A stretch of 64,000 nt of DNA from an uncultured Pseudomonadota bacterium (GTDB taxonomy: Bacteria; Pseudomonadota; Alphaproteobacteria; JACZXZ01). Of the stretch, positions 54,501-62,915 are shown in pieces. The notes under the pieces are model-generated. The model ran no database searches and was not told the DNA's origin. It was given only the letters and a program-made list of their open reading frames with translations. How positions within the stretch are numbered: the stretch's first letter is position 1; every line of letters begins with the position of its first letter. The stretch lies in NCBI GenBank assembly GCA_963749075.1, contig CAVVLJ010000016.1:320001-384000 (forward strand), in the 5' to 3' direction. Both the position numbers and the translations under genes were made by a program.

Positions 54501-56473
54501 GGCAGCGTGTTGCCGGCATCGCTGCCCGGGACCCCCGGGATCGGCGCCGGGGGGTTCTCCAGCCATTCCTCGCGCTCGTTGAGGCCCAGCGGGTCGGTCA
54601 CTTGCACGAAGCGCGGCGGGGCGCTCGTGCCGGGTGCCGTGTAGGCGAAGCTCGTCGTGCCGTAGGGCGTGGTCATGGCATCGACGAGCGAGTTGGCGTC
54701 GTAGCTGAAGCTCGAGGTCAAGCCGAGCACGTCAGTGATCGAGACGAGGCGGCCGTAGAGGTCGTAGGTCAGGACGGCACTGCGGTTGAAGGGATCGGTG
54801 ATCCCGGTCACGAGCAGCGGCTGGCCGATACGGCCGTAGGCGAAGGTCGTTTGCCGTCCGGCTGCGTCGGTCAGCGAGACGAGCCGCTCCTGGTTGTCGT
54901 AGCTGAGCGTGAGCGCGTTGCCTTGCGGGTCGATCATCTGGCTCAAGAAGACGTTGCGCGGAAAGGCGGTGCTGCCGTCGGATTGGGCATAGACCTCGAT
55001 GCTCCCGTCCCGCAGCTGGCGCTGATAGTTGACCGGCGTCTCGGACTTGAGCACCAGGATGGAGCCGTCATTGTCCTGGGCTGTGAACTGGCCGGTGCTG
55101 CCGTTATAGCCGCTGTATTGGAAGGAACCTCCGCCGGCGAGATAACGCGTGACGCGGGCACCCGGATTGGTCGGGTCGTCCGTCACATAAGTGAGCCAGT
55201 TCAGCGTCCACTTCTGGCTGACGTTGAAGAAGGCGAAGTTCGCCGGCTGGCTGTCCTCGCGCTGGTTATAGGTGATACGGGTTTTCGCCGAGGGCCCGAT
55301 GGGCGGGTCGTAACCGACCGGCACGTCGGACAAGGTGACGCTGACGGTCAATTCGCCGATATTGTAGCCGCACAGCGGGCAGGTGCCGGACGCATTCGCT
55401 TGCACATCCCTGGCGCCGGCAGCGCCCGGGGCCGTGCTGCTCGTCGGACCCCTCCCCCACACGCCGCCCGCCTCCTTCTCGTCCACCGCCCTCCAGCCGG
55501 CGCCGTCCTGAGCGCCGGCCGGCGCCAGGAAATAGCCGCTCGCCTCCTCGTCGAGCGCCGCCGCCGTGACCCAAAGCTCCTGGCCCGCGAAGACCGGGTC
55601 CGCGACCTGGAAGCGGCCATTGGCCTGGCCGGTGATTGCGGCAAAATGGCCGAGCTTCCAATGCACGATCGAGGGCACCGGCACCGGTTGGCCCGGCTTG
55701 CGGAAGACCAGGCGGTGGGGAAACTTCGTCTCCTCGGCGAGATGCGCCACCTCCGAGAGGCTCGTGCCGTTCGGCCCGGCGCGATACCACTGGAGGGACA
55801 GGACCTGTGCCTGCTTGGCGCCCTGCGCGAGCATCAGCGAGCCGAGCGCCAGCGGGCCGCAATTGAAGAGGTATCGGGGGTTGCTCTTGGCCAGCGACAG
55901 CTCCTCCCGTGCGGCTTGCACCGCTTCGGTCGCGGAGCCGGTCACCGGACGATCGCCGATCTCCTCGAAGAGGGCTGCGAGGCTCTCGACATGCCCGAGG
56001 GCGCCATGGAGCCGCGCGAGCTCGCCGACCGCCCGGTCGACGAGTGCCTTGGCCTGCGGCTCGGTGGCGCCTTTGCCCTCGTGCCAAGCCTGGTTCCAGG
56101 CGTCGAGTGCCCGCGAGAAATAGCCGTAATGGAGGTAGGAGATGCCGAGATTGGTGAGCAGCGCCGCGGCCCAGCCCGAATGCGGATAGCGCGCCAGGAA
56201 GGCGGTGAGGCTGCCAACGTCGTCGGGTGTGGCGCGCTTGCCGTAGGCCGCCAAGGCCTGCAGGAGGGCCTGGTCTTCCGCGGGCGTGGTGGGGCCGGTC
56301 GCCATGAGCGGCTCGGCAAGATGCGCGGCCCGGATTGCCGCCGCGACGGGCTCGGCGGTGCCGGGAGCGCTCGCCGCCTCTGCCGCACGCGGGAGGCATG
56401 CTGCGTACAACAGCAGCAGCGCCGCCATGGCGATCGAGGCCGCGAACAAGGCCGGCCGCCTCGGCAGCTTCAT
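51581..56473 (-). CDS. Rhs/YD-repeat protein with signal peptide, TPR-like helices and a C39-like peptidase domain
   Basis: MKLPRRPALFAASIAMAALLLL...AEA signal; NCGPLAL, VHWKLGHFAAI and VADP C39-like residues; many YD repeats; core RAYNPAIGRWLSRDP...PLNNTDPGGL. Confidence 0.92.
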   Translation of the reverse strand: MKLPRRPALFAASIAMAALLLLYAACLPRAAEAASAPGTAEPVAAAIRAAHLAEPLMATGPTTPAEDQALLQALAAYGKRATPDDVGSLTAFLARYPHSGWAAALLTNLGISYLHYGYFSRALDAWNQAWHEGKGATEPQAKALVDRAVGELARLHGALGHVESLAALFEEIGDRPVTGSATEAVQAAREELSLAKSNPRYLFNCGPLALGSLMLAQGAKQAQVLSLQWYRAGPNGTSLSEVAHLAEETKFPHRLVFRKPGQPVPVPSIVHWKLGHFAAITGQANGRFQVADPVFAGQELWVTAAALDEEASGYFLAPAGAQDGAGWRAVDEKEAGGVWGRGPTSSTAPGAAGARDVQANASGTCPLCGYNIGELTVSVTLSDVPVGYDPPIGPSAKTRITYNQREDSQPANFAFFNVSQKWTLNWLTYVTDDPTNPGARVTRYLAGGGSFQYSGYNGSTGQFTAQDNDGSILVLKSETPVNYQRQLRDGSIEVYAQSDGSTAFPRNVFLSQMIDPQGNALTLSYDNQERLVSLTDAAGRQTTFAYGRIGQPLLVTGITDPFNRSAVLTYDLYGRLVSITDVLGLTSSFSYDANSLVDAMTTPYGTTSFAYTAPGTSAPPRFVQVTDPLGLNEREEWLENPPAPIPGVPGSDAGNTLPQGLAVTNQYLDTRDSFHWDKNAYVVAGCTASGGCDYTKARDRHFLHVPRIAVKSTSIESVKYPLENRIWFNYVGQPFSTDAGIYDKPTAAGRVLDDGSTQLRQFSYDAAGFFNLTQAIDPLGRTTSFAYAANHVDLATVSQTTAPGIQTPVAQFTYNSHHRPLLYTDAAGETTSYAYNAAGQLTSLTNALNQTTSFQYDAAGDLSAIVNANGATAASFTYDAFDRVASYTDSEGWTVAYGYDAADRVTKITYPDGTTDIYTYDNLDLASYQDRQFRTWLYAHDADRRLTAITDPLGNRTLFAYNGIGELTGLTDPNGNVTGWSYDVEGRLTAKQYADSSTIAYAYENTTSRLKTVTDALAQVKQYSYFEDDRLAGIAYLNAANSTPNVGFAYDPYFPRLVSMSDGTGTTSYAYVAIGSLGALRLQQESGPLPVSAIGYVYDALGRLASRTVGGAGAETFGYDAIGRLTSHASDLGAFALAYLGQTGQITSRQLASSTLATTWSYLPNSGDRRLAGISNVGLSSGRYSTYAYTTTPENFIAAISETSDSATVYPTTGTQTASYNNVNALTSLSGQPFTYDANGNLLSDGLRTYAWDAENRLVAIGYPGYPGQTGKETAFAYDGLGRRTAITSILWGGGAPITSSFISRARHYSRAAGGSGAVATSYLWCGARICQARNAANAPTREYVAEGEVVPGSPAQPYYYGPDQLGSVRRAFASATSAPAYSYDPYGNPLQATAPVTDLNYAGMFYNADSGLYLTQYRAYNPAIGRWLSRDPFGERSDPAGNLYRYVNNDPLNNTDPGGLDTWSLGLNLSGFFGGGGSITAGIYFNTDTGRFGTFATIGCGGGVDISANIILQNTFGGPENFFGNQFGSAFAGARGPIGGGPTYGANFNPSQPSSYQNPSGFQISIGASGVQALTGVPLAMSVQQSTTYETTGAVTAALAAANGDTAAATRIGPAASIPGVSHRFILGP

Positions 56474-56508
56474 CTTCCACGCTCCGGGCGCCCGGAGAGC
56501 TCGCGCTA

Positions 56509-56808
56509 TCAGGGCGTCCAAGTGAAGCAACCCCATACGCCCGTGCCCCATGTCGGCTGCTCGGGCGCGCTGGAGATGGTATTGGTTTGCGCTGTCCGAT
56601 TGCCGTTCGCGTCGTAGCTGTAGGCGATGCATAGGCCGTTGTCGTAAAGACCCGTCGTGAGGCGCCCAAGCTGATCGTAGGTGTAGGAAACCGAGCCGAT
56701 CGCGCCGCCGGGAATCAAGATGCCGAGCAACGCCAGCAGCGCAGCCGCGACGCGCGCTCTTGCGGGCTCAATCGTCACGCGATCGTCTTCCGGGCGCATG
56801 GGGCTCAT
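56509..56808 (-). CDS. Small secreted YD-repeat protein
   Basis: Hydrophobic signal AAALLALLGILIPGGAIG, then SYTYDQLGRL...YSYDANGNRT and a WGTGVWGCFTW tail. Confidence 0.8.
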   Translation of the reverse strand: MSPMRPEDDRVTIEPARARVAAALLALLGILIPGGAIGSVSYTYDQLGRLTTGLYDNGLCIAYSYDANGNRTAQTNTISSAPEQPTWGTGVWGCFTWTP

Positions 56809-56813
56809 CAAGG

Positions 56814-57767
56814 TCAGGGGTAGGTGATTTCCAGCGAATCGATGGTGATATTCGTGTCGATCCCGCCGCCTTGTCCACCGCACATGATGCCGGCGTAGGC
56901 GATGGGCGCCCCGATCCACGAATTGTTATCGGAGTTGGTTTCGGCCCAGACGCGGCCGTTCTGGCTGATATAGAAGCTGTTGCCGGACGACGTGCTGACG
57001 ACGCGCAGCCAGATGGCGTCCGAATAGGTGATGGCGACACGCGACGAACTGGCATAGGTCCAGCCCGCATTCCAGTAGCTCCACTCGTTCGACAATCCAC
57101 CGGTATAGATCGCCGTGAACATCTGGACCTTGCCGCCGGTCATGGCTGACGAGGCGAGCACGATACCCTGGACCTGATAGTTCACGGCGACGAGGCTGGG
57201 CCGTATTCTCGCCGTGATGGTGAAGCTCGTCGCGGTGACGGGCAGCATTAGCCCTGCATATGCGGAATTCGACACCGGGTTGGTGAAATTCACGAAATTG
57301 CCGTCCTGCACGGCCGTCGCGGTCCCCTGCACCATCCAGACCATATTCGCCAGCACCGGCGGCGTGAAGGTCGCGTCCGAGCCGTTGTTCCCGGCCGCCC
57401 CGCCGCCGGTGATCGTAATGCTGCCGGGGCCATTCGTGATGGCGATACCCGATCCCGCGGTCAGCGTCGTCGCTTGCGGAGGTCCCCCGCTCGAGCCGAT
57501 GGCGAGCTGACCGTTGGTCAAGGGACCGGCGCCGCCGAAATTTCCGGCGCCGCCGTTATATTGAACGGCGTTGGCAGCACCCCCGGGGGCGGCGTTGTTG
57601 ACGCAAGCCAACAGCGCATTGAAATTTGCCATGACCTGCGAAGCGTCCGCGGTCTGGCCGTTGGTGAATTGATAGGGCAGCGTGCACTCCGCCTCGGCGG
57701 CATTGCTACCAGGCAAGATCACGCAGGCGAACGCCGAGAGCGCCGCGAGAACGGAATTCCATCGCAT
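56814..57767 (-). CDS. Secreted tail-fibre-like protein with a probable C-terminal beta-sandwich/lectin domain
   Basis: GAGG RBS; signal ending AEA; FTNGQTADASQVMANFNAL, AVQYNGGAGNFGG and LTAGSGIAITNGPGSITI segments; aromatic beta-rich C-terminus. Confidence 0.7.
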   Translation of the reverse strand: MRWNSVLAALSAFACVILPGSNAAEAECTLPYQFTNGQTADASQVMANFNALLACVNNAAPGGAANAVQYNGGAGNFGGAGPLTNGQLAIGSSGGPPQATTLTAGSGIAITNGPGSITITGGGAAGNNGSDATFTPPVLANMVWMVQGTATAVQDGNFVNFTNPVSNSAYAGLMLPVTATSFTITARIRPSLVAVNYQVQGIVLASSAMTGGKVQMFTAIYTGGLSNEWSYWNAGWTYASSSRVAITYSDAIWLRVVSTSSGNSFYISQNGRVWAETNSDNNSWIGAPIAYAGIMCGGQGGGIDTNITIDSLEITYP

Positions 57768-58017
57768 GACGTTACCCTCGCATGCTTGCACGGATCGGCC
57801 CGCGCAGCATGTCGGATAACCTACGATTATGTACACGTATCAGTCGAGTAAATTTATGACGACAATATGATAGATTGTCAGATTATGCAGGCATTCACCA
57901 TGGCGCGCATGGATCGAGCTTATTGCGCAGCCTATGCGCGTTCGTTTGTTTTTGCCCTTGCGCTGCGCTTATGTTCATGATACGTTCCAAGCCGCGTGCA
58001 GCGACGGAGGGCGGGCG

Positions 58018-58440
58018 ATGGAGCGCGATCCCGATTGCATCTTCTGCAAGATCGCGGCGGGCGAGGCGCCGTGCTTCAAGCTCTACGAGGACGCGGCGAC
58101 GCTCGCCTTCATGGACATCAACCCGGCGAACGAAGGCCATTGCCTGGCGATTCCCAAGGCGCATTTCGTGGACATCTACGGGGCGTCCCCGGGCGAGGTG
58201 GGGCGGGTGGCCGAGACCGCGCGCAAGGTGGCGAAGGCGGTGCGCGACGTGGTCAGGCCCGACGGCCTCAACCTCGTGCAGTCGAACGGTCCGGGTGCGG
58301 CCCAGTCGGTCATGCACTTCCACATCCACGTGCTGCCGCGCACGAGCGGCGACGAGCTCAAGATCAACTGGCCGCTCGTGCCGGGGGACCGCGTGGCGAT
58401 CGGCTTGCTCGCCGAGAAGATCAGGGCGAGGCTCTCTTAA
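58018..58440 (+). CDS. HIT family nucleotide hydrolase
   Basis: DCIFCKI, AFMDINP and QSVMHFHIHVLPR motifs. Confidence 0.95.
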   Translation: MERDPDCIFCKIAAGEAPCFKLYEDAATLAFMDINPANEGHCLAIPKAHFVDIYGASPGEVGRVAETARKVAKAVRDVVRPDGLNLVQSNGPGAAQSVMHFHIHVLPRTSGDELKINWPLVPGDRVAIGLLAEKIRARLS

Positions 58441-58457
58441 GCGCGGGCGTGCGTGCC

Positions 58458-58697
58458 ATGGTCAAGCTCAAGGTCATCGCGGTCGGCAGCTCGCTCGGCG
58501 TGGTGTTGCCCAAGGCGGTGCTGGCGCGCCTCAAGGTGGCGAAGGGCGATTGCCTGTTCTTCACCGAGGCGCCGGACGGCTTCCGGGTGACGCCCTACGA
58601 TCCCGACTTCGAGCGGCAGATGGTACTCGCCCGCCGCATCATGGGCGAGCGCCGCGACGTGCTCAGGGCGTTGGCCAGGAGGGAACTGGCCAAATGA
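58458..58697 (+). CDS. AbrB/MazE-type antitoxin
   Basis: LKVIAVGSSLGVVLPK, TPYDPDFERQM and RRDVLRALA motifs. Confidence 0.88.
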   Translation: MVKLKVIAVGSSLGVVLPKAVLARLKVAKGDCLFFTEAPDGFRVTPYDPDFERQMVLARRIMGERRDVLRALARRELAK

Positions 58698-59092
58698 GCG
58701 GGCGCGCCTGGCGCTGGCTCGGCGAAGAGGCGGCGCTCGCCATCCACGATGCGCAGTTGGCCGAGCATGGCGGTGCCGGCGGCCCCGGCGAGCGCGCCCT
58801 CGTGCAAGCGGCCTTGGCGCGCCCGCGCCGTCTCGCGGCCGGGGGCGAGCCGGACGCGGCGGAGCTTGCCGCCGCTTACGCCTGCGGCCTCGCGCGCACG
58901 GAGGGCTTCGCGGACGGCAAGAGGCGGACGGCCTACGTGGCGGCACTCGCCTTCTCGCTCGACAACGGCTACCGGTTCACCGGCGGCGACGTCGAATCCG
59001 CCGAGGCGATGCGGGCGCTCTCCGCCGGCGACATGACGGAGGAGGAGCTCGCCCGCTGGTTCCGCGCCCGGCTGGTCGCGGCCGGGTCCTGA
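58694..59092 (+). CDS. Doc/Fic-family toxin with a degenerate active site
   Basis: IHDAQLAEHGG, SALARP-like and LAAAYACGLAR segments; the Fic motif reads EGFADGKRRTA; ATGA coupling to the antitoxin. Confidence 0.82.
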   Translation: MSGRAWRWLGEEAALAIHDAQLAEHGGAGGPGERALVQAALARPRRLAAGGEPDAAELAAAYACGLARTEGFADGKRRTAYVAALAFSLDNGYRFTGGDVESAEAMRALSAGDMTEEELARWFRARLVAAGS

Positions 59093-59097
59093 GAGGC

Positions 59098-60010
59098 TCA
59101 GCCGGCGAGCCAGGCGGGCCTGCCCGGACGGAGCACGGCTTGCCCCGCGCGCAAGCTCTCGCCCTTCGCCGCCGCGGCAGCGACGGCCTCGAGCTTGAGG
59201 AGGGCGAGGCCGATGCCGCTTGCTATGGCGCGCAGCTCGCCCACTTCCGCGCCGCCGAGGAGGACCGGCGTGCCCGGCGCCGGCTCCGGCCCCTCGATGG
59301 CAACCGGCAAGAGGCGCTTCTTGACGAGCGCCCGGTACTTCATGCGCGCGGTCACTTCCTGGCCGATGTAGCAGCCCTTATTGAAATCGACGCCGTCCAG
59401 CTCCTCGAAGCCGTTCTCGAGGAGGAGCGCCTGCTCGGCCGGCAGCTCGGCGCTGCCCTCCGCCACGCCGAGCGAGAGGCGCAGGCGGCGGTGCTCGGCC
59501 AGAGCACCCTCCGCGAAGCCGGCCGCTGCGAGCGCGGCTGTGCCTTGACACGGCAGGATGGCGCGGCAGCCGAGCGCCGCCAGGCGCGGATCGACGAAGA
59601 CGCTGCCGCCGAAGGCCGCGCGCGCGGCACCCCGCTCGGCCGCGAAGCCCGAGGGCAGCTGCGGCGCCCTCCCCCCAGAGGAGCGCCGGCACGAGCCTCT
59701 CGCGCGCATCCGCGATGGTCACCTTGGCGCGCAGCTTATAGAGCGCGAGCCGGCGCCTGAGATCGTCGAGCCGCGCCGCCTCGCCCTCAAGGACGAGCTC
59801 GCCCTCGAGATCGCCCTTTGGCATTTCCACGATGAAGAAATCGTGGAGGAAGCGGCCCTGCGCGTTGAGCAGGCTCGCATAGATGGCCCGCCTCTCGCTC
59901 GCCTTCTCGATGTCGTTGGAGATGAGGCCTTGGAGGAAGGGCCGCACATCCTCGCCGGCGAGCGTGAGGCAGGCGCGCTCCCCGTTGAGCGCATATCGCA
60001 GGTCCGCCAT
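59098..60010 (-). CDS. ygfZ: Folate-binding protein YgfZ with an apparent frameshift near 59645
   Basis: FLQGLISND, LLNAQGRFLHDF and YKLRAKV in one frame; DPR and GVDFNKGCYIGQEVTARM in another. Confidence 0.9.
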
Positions 60011-60113
60011 CGTTTCTTCGTCCCCAGAGGTCCCTGAGCCAAGGAGCAGGGGAGAAGTGGTTCGCCCTCCGGCGCTTGGCAAGCCGGCCGGGCGGCCCTA
60101 TAAGGCGCACGCC

Positions 60114-61145
60114 ATGCACATCGTCCTTGTCGACAACTCGATCCCCTTCGACGGCCAAAGCCCCCTGAGCCAGCCCTTGGGCGGCGCCGAGAAGGCGTTC
60201 GCCAGCCTGCCGGGGGCACTCGCGGCGCGCGGCCATCGCGTCCAGGTCTTCAACCGCGCGGCGGCGGCGGGCGAGATCGAGGGTGCCTCGTGGGAGAGCT
60301 GGCAGGGCGCGCGCCCCGCCGCCTGCGACCTCCTCGTCGCCTACCGCCGGCCGGAGTTCTTGGGCTTCGTCGCGAGCCCCGCCCAGCGCATCCTCTGGCT
60401 CGCCGGTGCCGCGCAAGAGCTGAGCGGGGACAGGGAGACCGGCCTCCTCCTCGCCTACCGCCCGGCCCTCGTCTTCATGGCCGAGGCCGAGCGGGCCGCC
60501 TACCGCCAGGGCGAGCCTGCGCTCAAGACGGCGGCGGTGCCGCCCGGCATCCGCGCCGTCTATCTCGCGGAGGTGCTACCTTCGCCCGCAGCGCAGCCCT
60601 ATGCCTTGGCGACCAGCCATCCCGGGCCGGGCCTCGAGTGGCTTATCAAGCTATGGGTCGCGGAGGTCAATCCGCTCTGCCCGCATGCCGAGCTGCGGCT
60701 CTTCTCGGCCATCCTCGACCGCGCGCTCCGCGGGGGTGCCGTGGCCGAGCCGTTCAAGGCGGTGGCGGACCTCGCCCTCGCGTCGCGCGACAAGGGCATC
60801 GCCATCCGGCCGCCCGGCTCCGACCCCGTCATGGCGGAGGCCTATCGCGGCGCCCGCGCCCACCTCTATCCCGGCGACGCGCGCGAGGTCTATTGCTTCA
60901 CCCTGGCCGAGAGCCAGGCCTGCGGCGCGCCGGCCGTGGCGCGGCCGTTCGCCGCCACGGCCGCGGAGATCGGCGTCGACGTCTCGGGTCACCTGGCGGC
61001 CGACGACGCGGCCTTCGCGCAGCGCACCCGGTCTCTCCTCCTGGACGATGACATCTACCTCAGGTTGAGCGCGGGCGCCCGGGCGCGGACGCGCGAGCGG
61101 AGCTGGGAGCGCGCCGCGGCGGCCTTCGAGGCCATTTGGCAATGA
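60114..61145 (+). CDS. GT-B glycosyltransferase (family 4-like)
   Basis: PLGGAEKAF, EVYCFTLAESQACGAPAV and SWERAA motifs. Confidence 0.85.
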   Translation: MHIVLVDNSIPFDGQSPLSQPLGGAEKAFASLPGALAARGHRVQVFNRAAAAGEIEGASWESWQGARPAACDLLVAYRRPEFLGFVASPAQRILWLAGAAQELSGDRETGLLLAYRPALVFMAEAERAAYRQGEPALKTAAVPPGIRAVYLAEVLPSPAAQPYALATSHPGPGLEWLIKLWVAEVNPLCPHAELRLFSAILDRALRGGAVAEPFKAVADLALASRDKGIAIRPPGSDPVMAEAYRGARAHLYPGDAREVYCFTLAESQACGAPAVARPFAATAAEIGVDVSGHLAADDAAFAQRTRSLLLDDDIYLRLSAGARARTRERSWERAAAAFEAIWQ

Positions 61146-61173
61146 TCCCGCTTGGGGCATAATCGGCGCCGCC

Positions 61174-62136
61174 ATGCGCATCCTCTACATCACCCATACG
61201 CGGGTCGGCGACGCGGTGCTCTCGACCGGGGCGCTCGCCCGTCTCCTCGAGCGCCATCCCGGGGCGAGCGTCACGGTGGCCTGCGGGCGGGCGCCGGCCG
61301 AGCTCTTCGAGTTCGTGCCCGGGCTCGCGGAAATCTACATCATCGACAAGGAGCCGCGCGGCCGGCACTGGCTCCGGCTGTGGCGCCACGTGGTGGGGCG
61401 GCGCTGGGACGTGGTGGTCGACCTGCGCGCCTCGGCCATTGCCTATCTCCTCTTCGCGCGCGAGCGCTACGTCACCAGGCCGAGCAAGGAGCCGGTGCAC
61501 CGCCTCGTCCATCTCGCGCGCGTGCTCGGCGAGACGCAGCCGCTCGAGCCGCGCATGTGGACGGGCCCGCAGCACTGGGAGGCGGCGAGGGAGATCCTGC
61601 CCGACGGGCCGCCGGCGCTCGCGGTGGCGCCGACGGCGAACTGGCGCGGCAAGATGTGGCGCGGCGCACGCTTCGCCGAGCTCATCGAGCGCCTGACGGC
61701 ACCCGACGGCATCCTGCCGGGCGCCCGGGTCGTGGTGCTGGGCGCGGGGCCGGAGCGCAACCTCGCCCAGCCGGTCCTCGCCTCGATCAGGCCGGCGCGG
61801 CGCGTCGATCTCATCGGCAAGGTGACGCTGCTCACCGCCTATACCGTGCTGCGGCGCTGCGCCCTCTTCGTCGGCAATGATTCGGGGCTCATGCATCTCG
61901 CCGCCGCCGCCGGCATCCCGACGCTCGGGCTCTTCGGCCCGAGCCGGCCGGAGAACTACGCGCCGCGGGGCCCGCGCGCCGGCTACGTCTCGACCCCCAT
62001 CCCCTACGAGACGCTGGTGGGGCAGCCCGGCTACGACCACCGTACCACCGACACGCTGATGGACAGCCTGACCGTCGACATGGTCGAGGCCGCCGCCGTC
62101 GAGCTCTGGCAGAGAAGCATGGGTGCCGCGGCATGA
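61174..62136 (+). CDS. Glycosyltransferase family 9 (heptosyltransferase-like)
   Basis: RVGDAVLS, KMW and FVGNDSGLMHLAAAAGIPTLGLFGP motifs. Confidence 0.92.
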   Translation: MRILYITHTRVGDAVLSTGALARLLERHPGASVTVACGRAPAELFEFVPGLAEIYIIDKEPRGRHWLRLWRHVVGRRWDVVVDLRASAIAYLLFARERYVTRPSKEPVHRLVHLARVLGETQPLEPRMWTGPQHWEAAREILPDGPPALAVAPTANWRGKMWRGARFAELIERLTAPDGILPGARVVVLGAGPERNLAQPVLASIRPARRVDLIGKVTLLTAYTVLRRCALFVGNDSGLMHLAAAAGIPTLGLFGPSRPENYAPRGPRAGYVSTPIPYETLVGQPGYDHRTTDTLMDSLTVDMVEAAAVELWQRSMGAAA

Positions 62137-62915
62137 GCGAGCCGGAGCTCGCCCAGCGCCCGGAGGCCCAGCACCTCTCCGCCCTCGTCGTCGCGCGCAA
62201 CGAGGAGCGCCAGCTCGCCCGCTGCCTCGCGGGCCTCGGCTTCGCCGACGAGATCGTGGTGGTGCTCGACCGCACGAGCGACCGCTCGAAGGAGATCGCC
62301 CTCGCCGCGGGCGCGCGCATCATCGAGGGCGCCTGGGAGATCGAGGGGCCGCGGCGCATGGCCGGGATCGCGGCCTGCCGCGGTCCGTGGATCCTCGAGG
62401 TCGATGCCGACGAGCGGGTGCCGCCGGAGCTTGCCGCCGAGATCCGCGCGGCCCTCCCGGGTGCCGCAGCCGGCTATTTCCTCATCCCCTTCGACAACTA
62501 CATCGGCGAGCATCTGGTGCGCTACGGCTGGGGCGCCTCCTGGGGCGTCTCGGCCGCGGTGCGGCTCTTCACCAAGGGCGCCAAGGTGTGGGGCGACCAG
62601 CGCATCCATCCCAAGCTGGCGCTCTCCGGCGAGCGGCGCTGGCTCAAGGTGCCCATGGTGCACTACGTCGACCGCAACATCTCGGACATGCTGGCGCGCC
62701 TCGACCGCTACACCACGGCGCGCGCCCGCGACCTGCGCGCCGCGGGCGACATCGGCAGCTACGCACACAATGTCCGGCGGCTGTTCTCGCGCTTCTTCAA
62801 ATGCTATGTCTCGCACCGCGGTTATCGCGAGGGGCCGTACGGCTTGCTCGTCGCCCTCATGGCGGCACTCTACCCCTTGATCTCCTATCTCAAGGCGAGA
62901 CTGGAAAAGGACTGA
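62133..62915 (+). CDS. Glycosyltransferase family 2
   Basis: VARNEE, DEIVVV, WILEVDADE and IH motifs. Confidence 0.9.
   Translation: MSEPELAQRPEAQHLSALVVARNEERQLARCLAGLGFADEIVVVLDRTSDRSKEIALAAGARIIEGAWEIEGPRRMAGIAACRGPWILEVDADERVPPELAAEIRAALPGAAAGYFLIPFDNYIGEHLVRYGWGASWGVSAAVRLFTKGAKVWGDQRIHPKLALSGERRWLKVPMVHYVDRNISDMLARLDRYTTARARDLRAAGDIGSYAHNVRRLFSRFFKCYVSHRGYREGPYGLLVALMAALYPLISYLKARLEKD

Noticed and set aside
52550-56617. 1355-aa plus-strand ORF
   Set aside because: Antisense shadow of the Rhs gene; high-GC codon bias suppresses stop codons, and it has no recognisable motifs.
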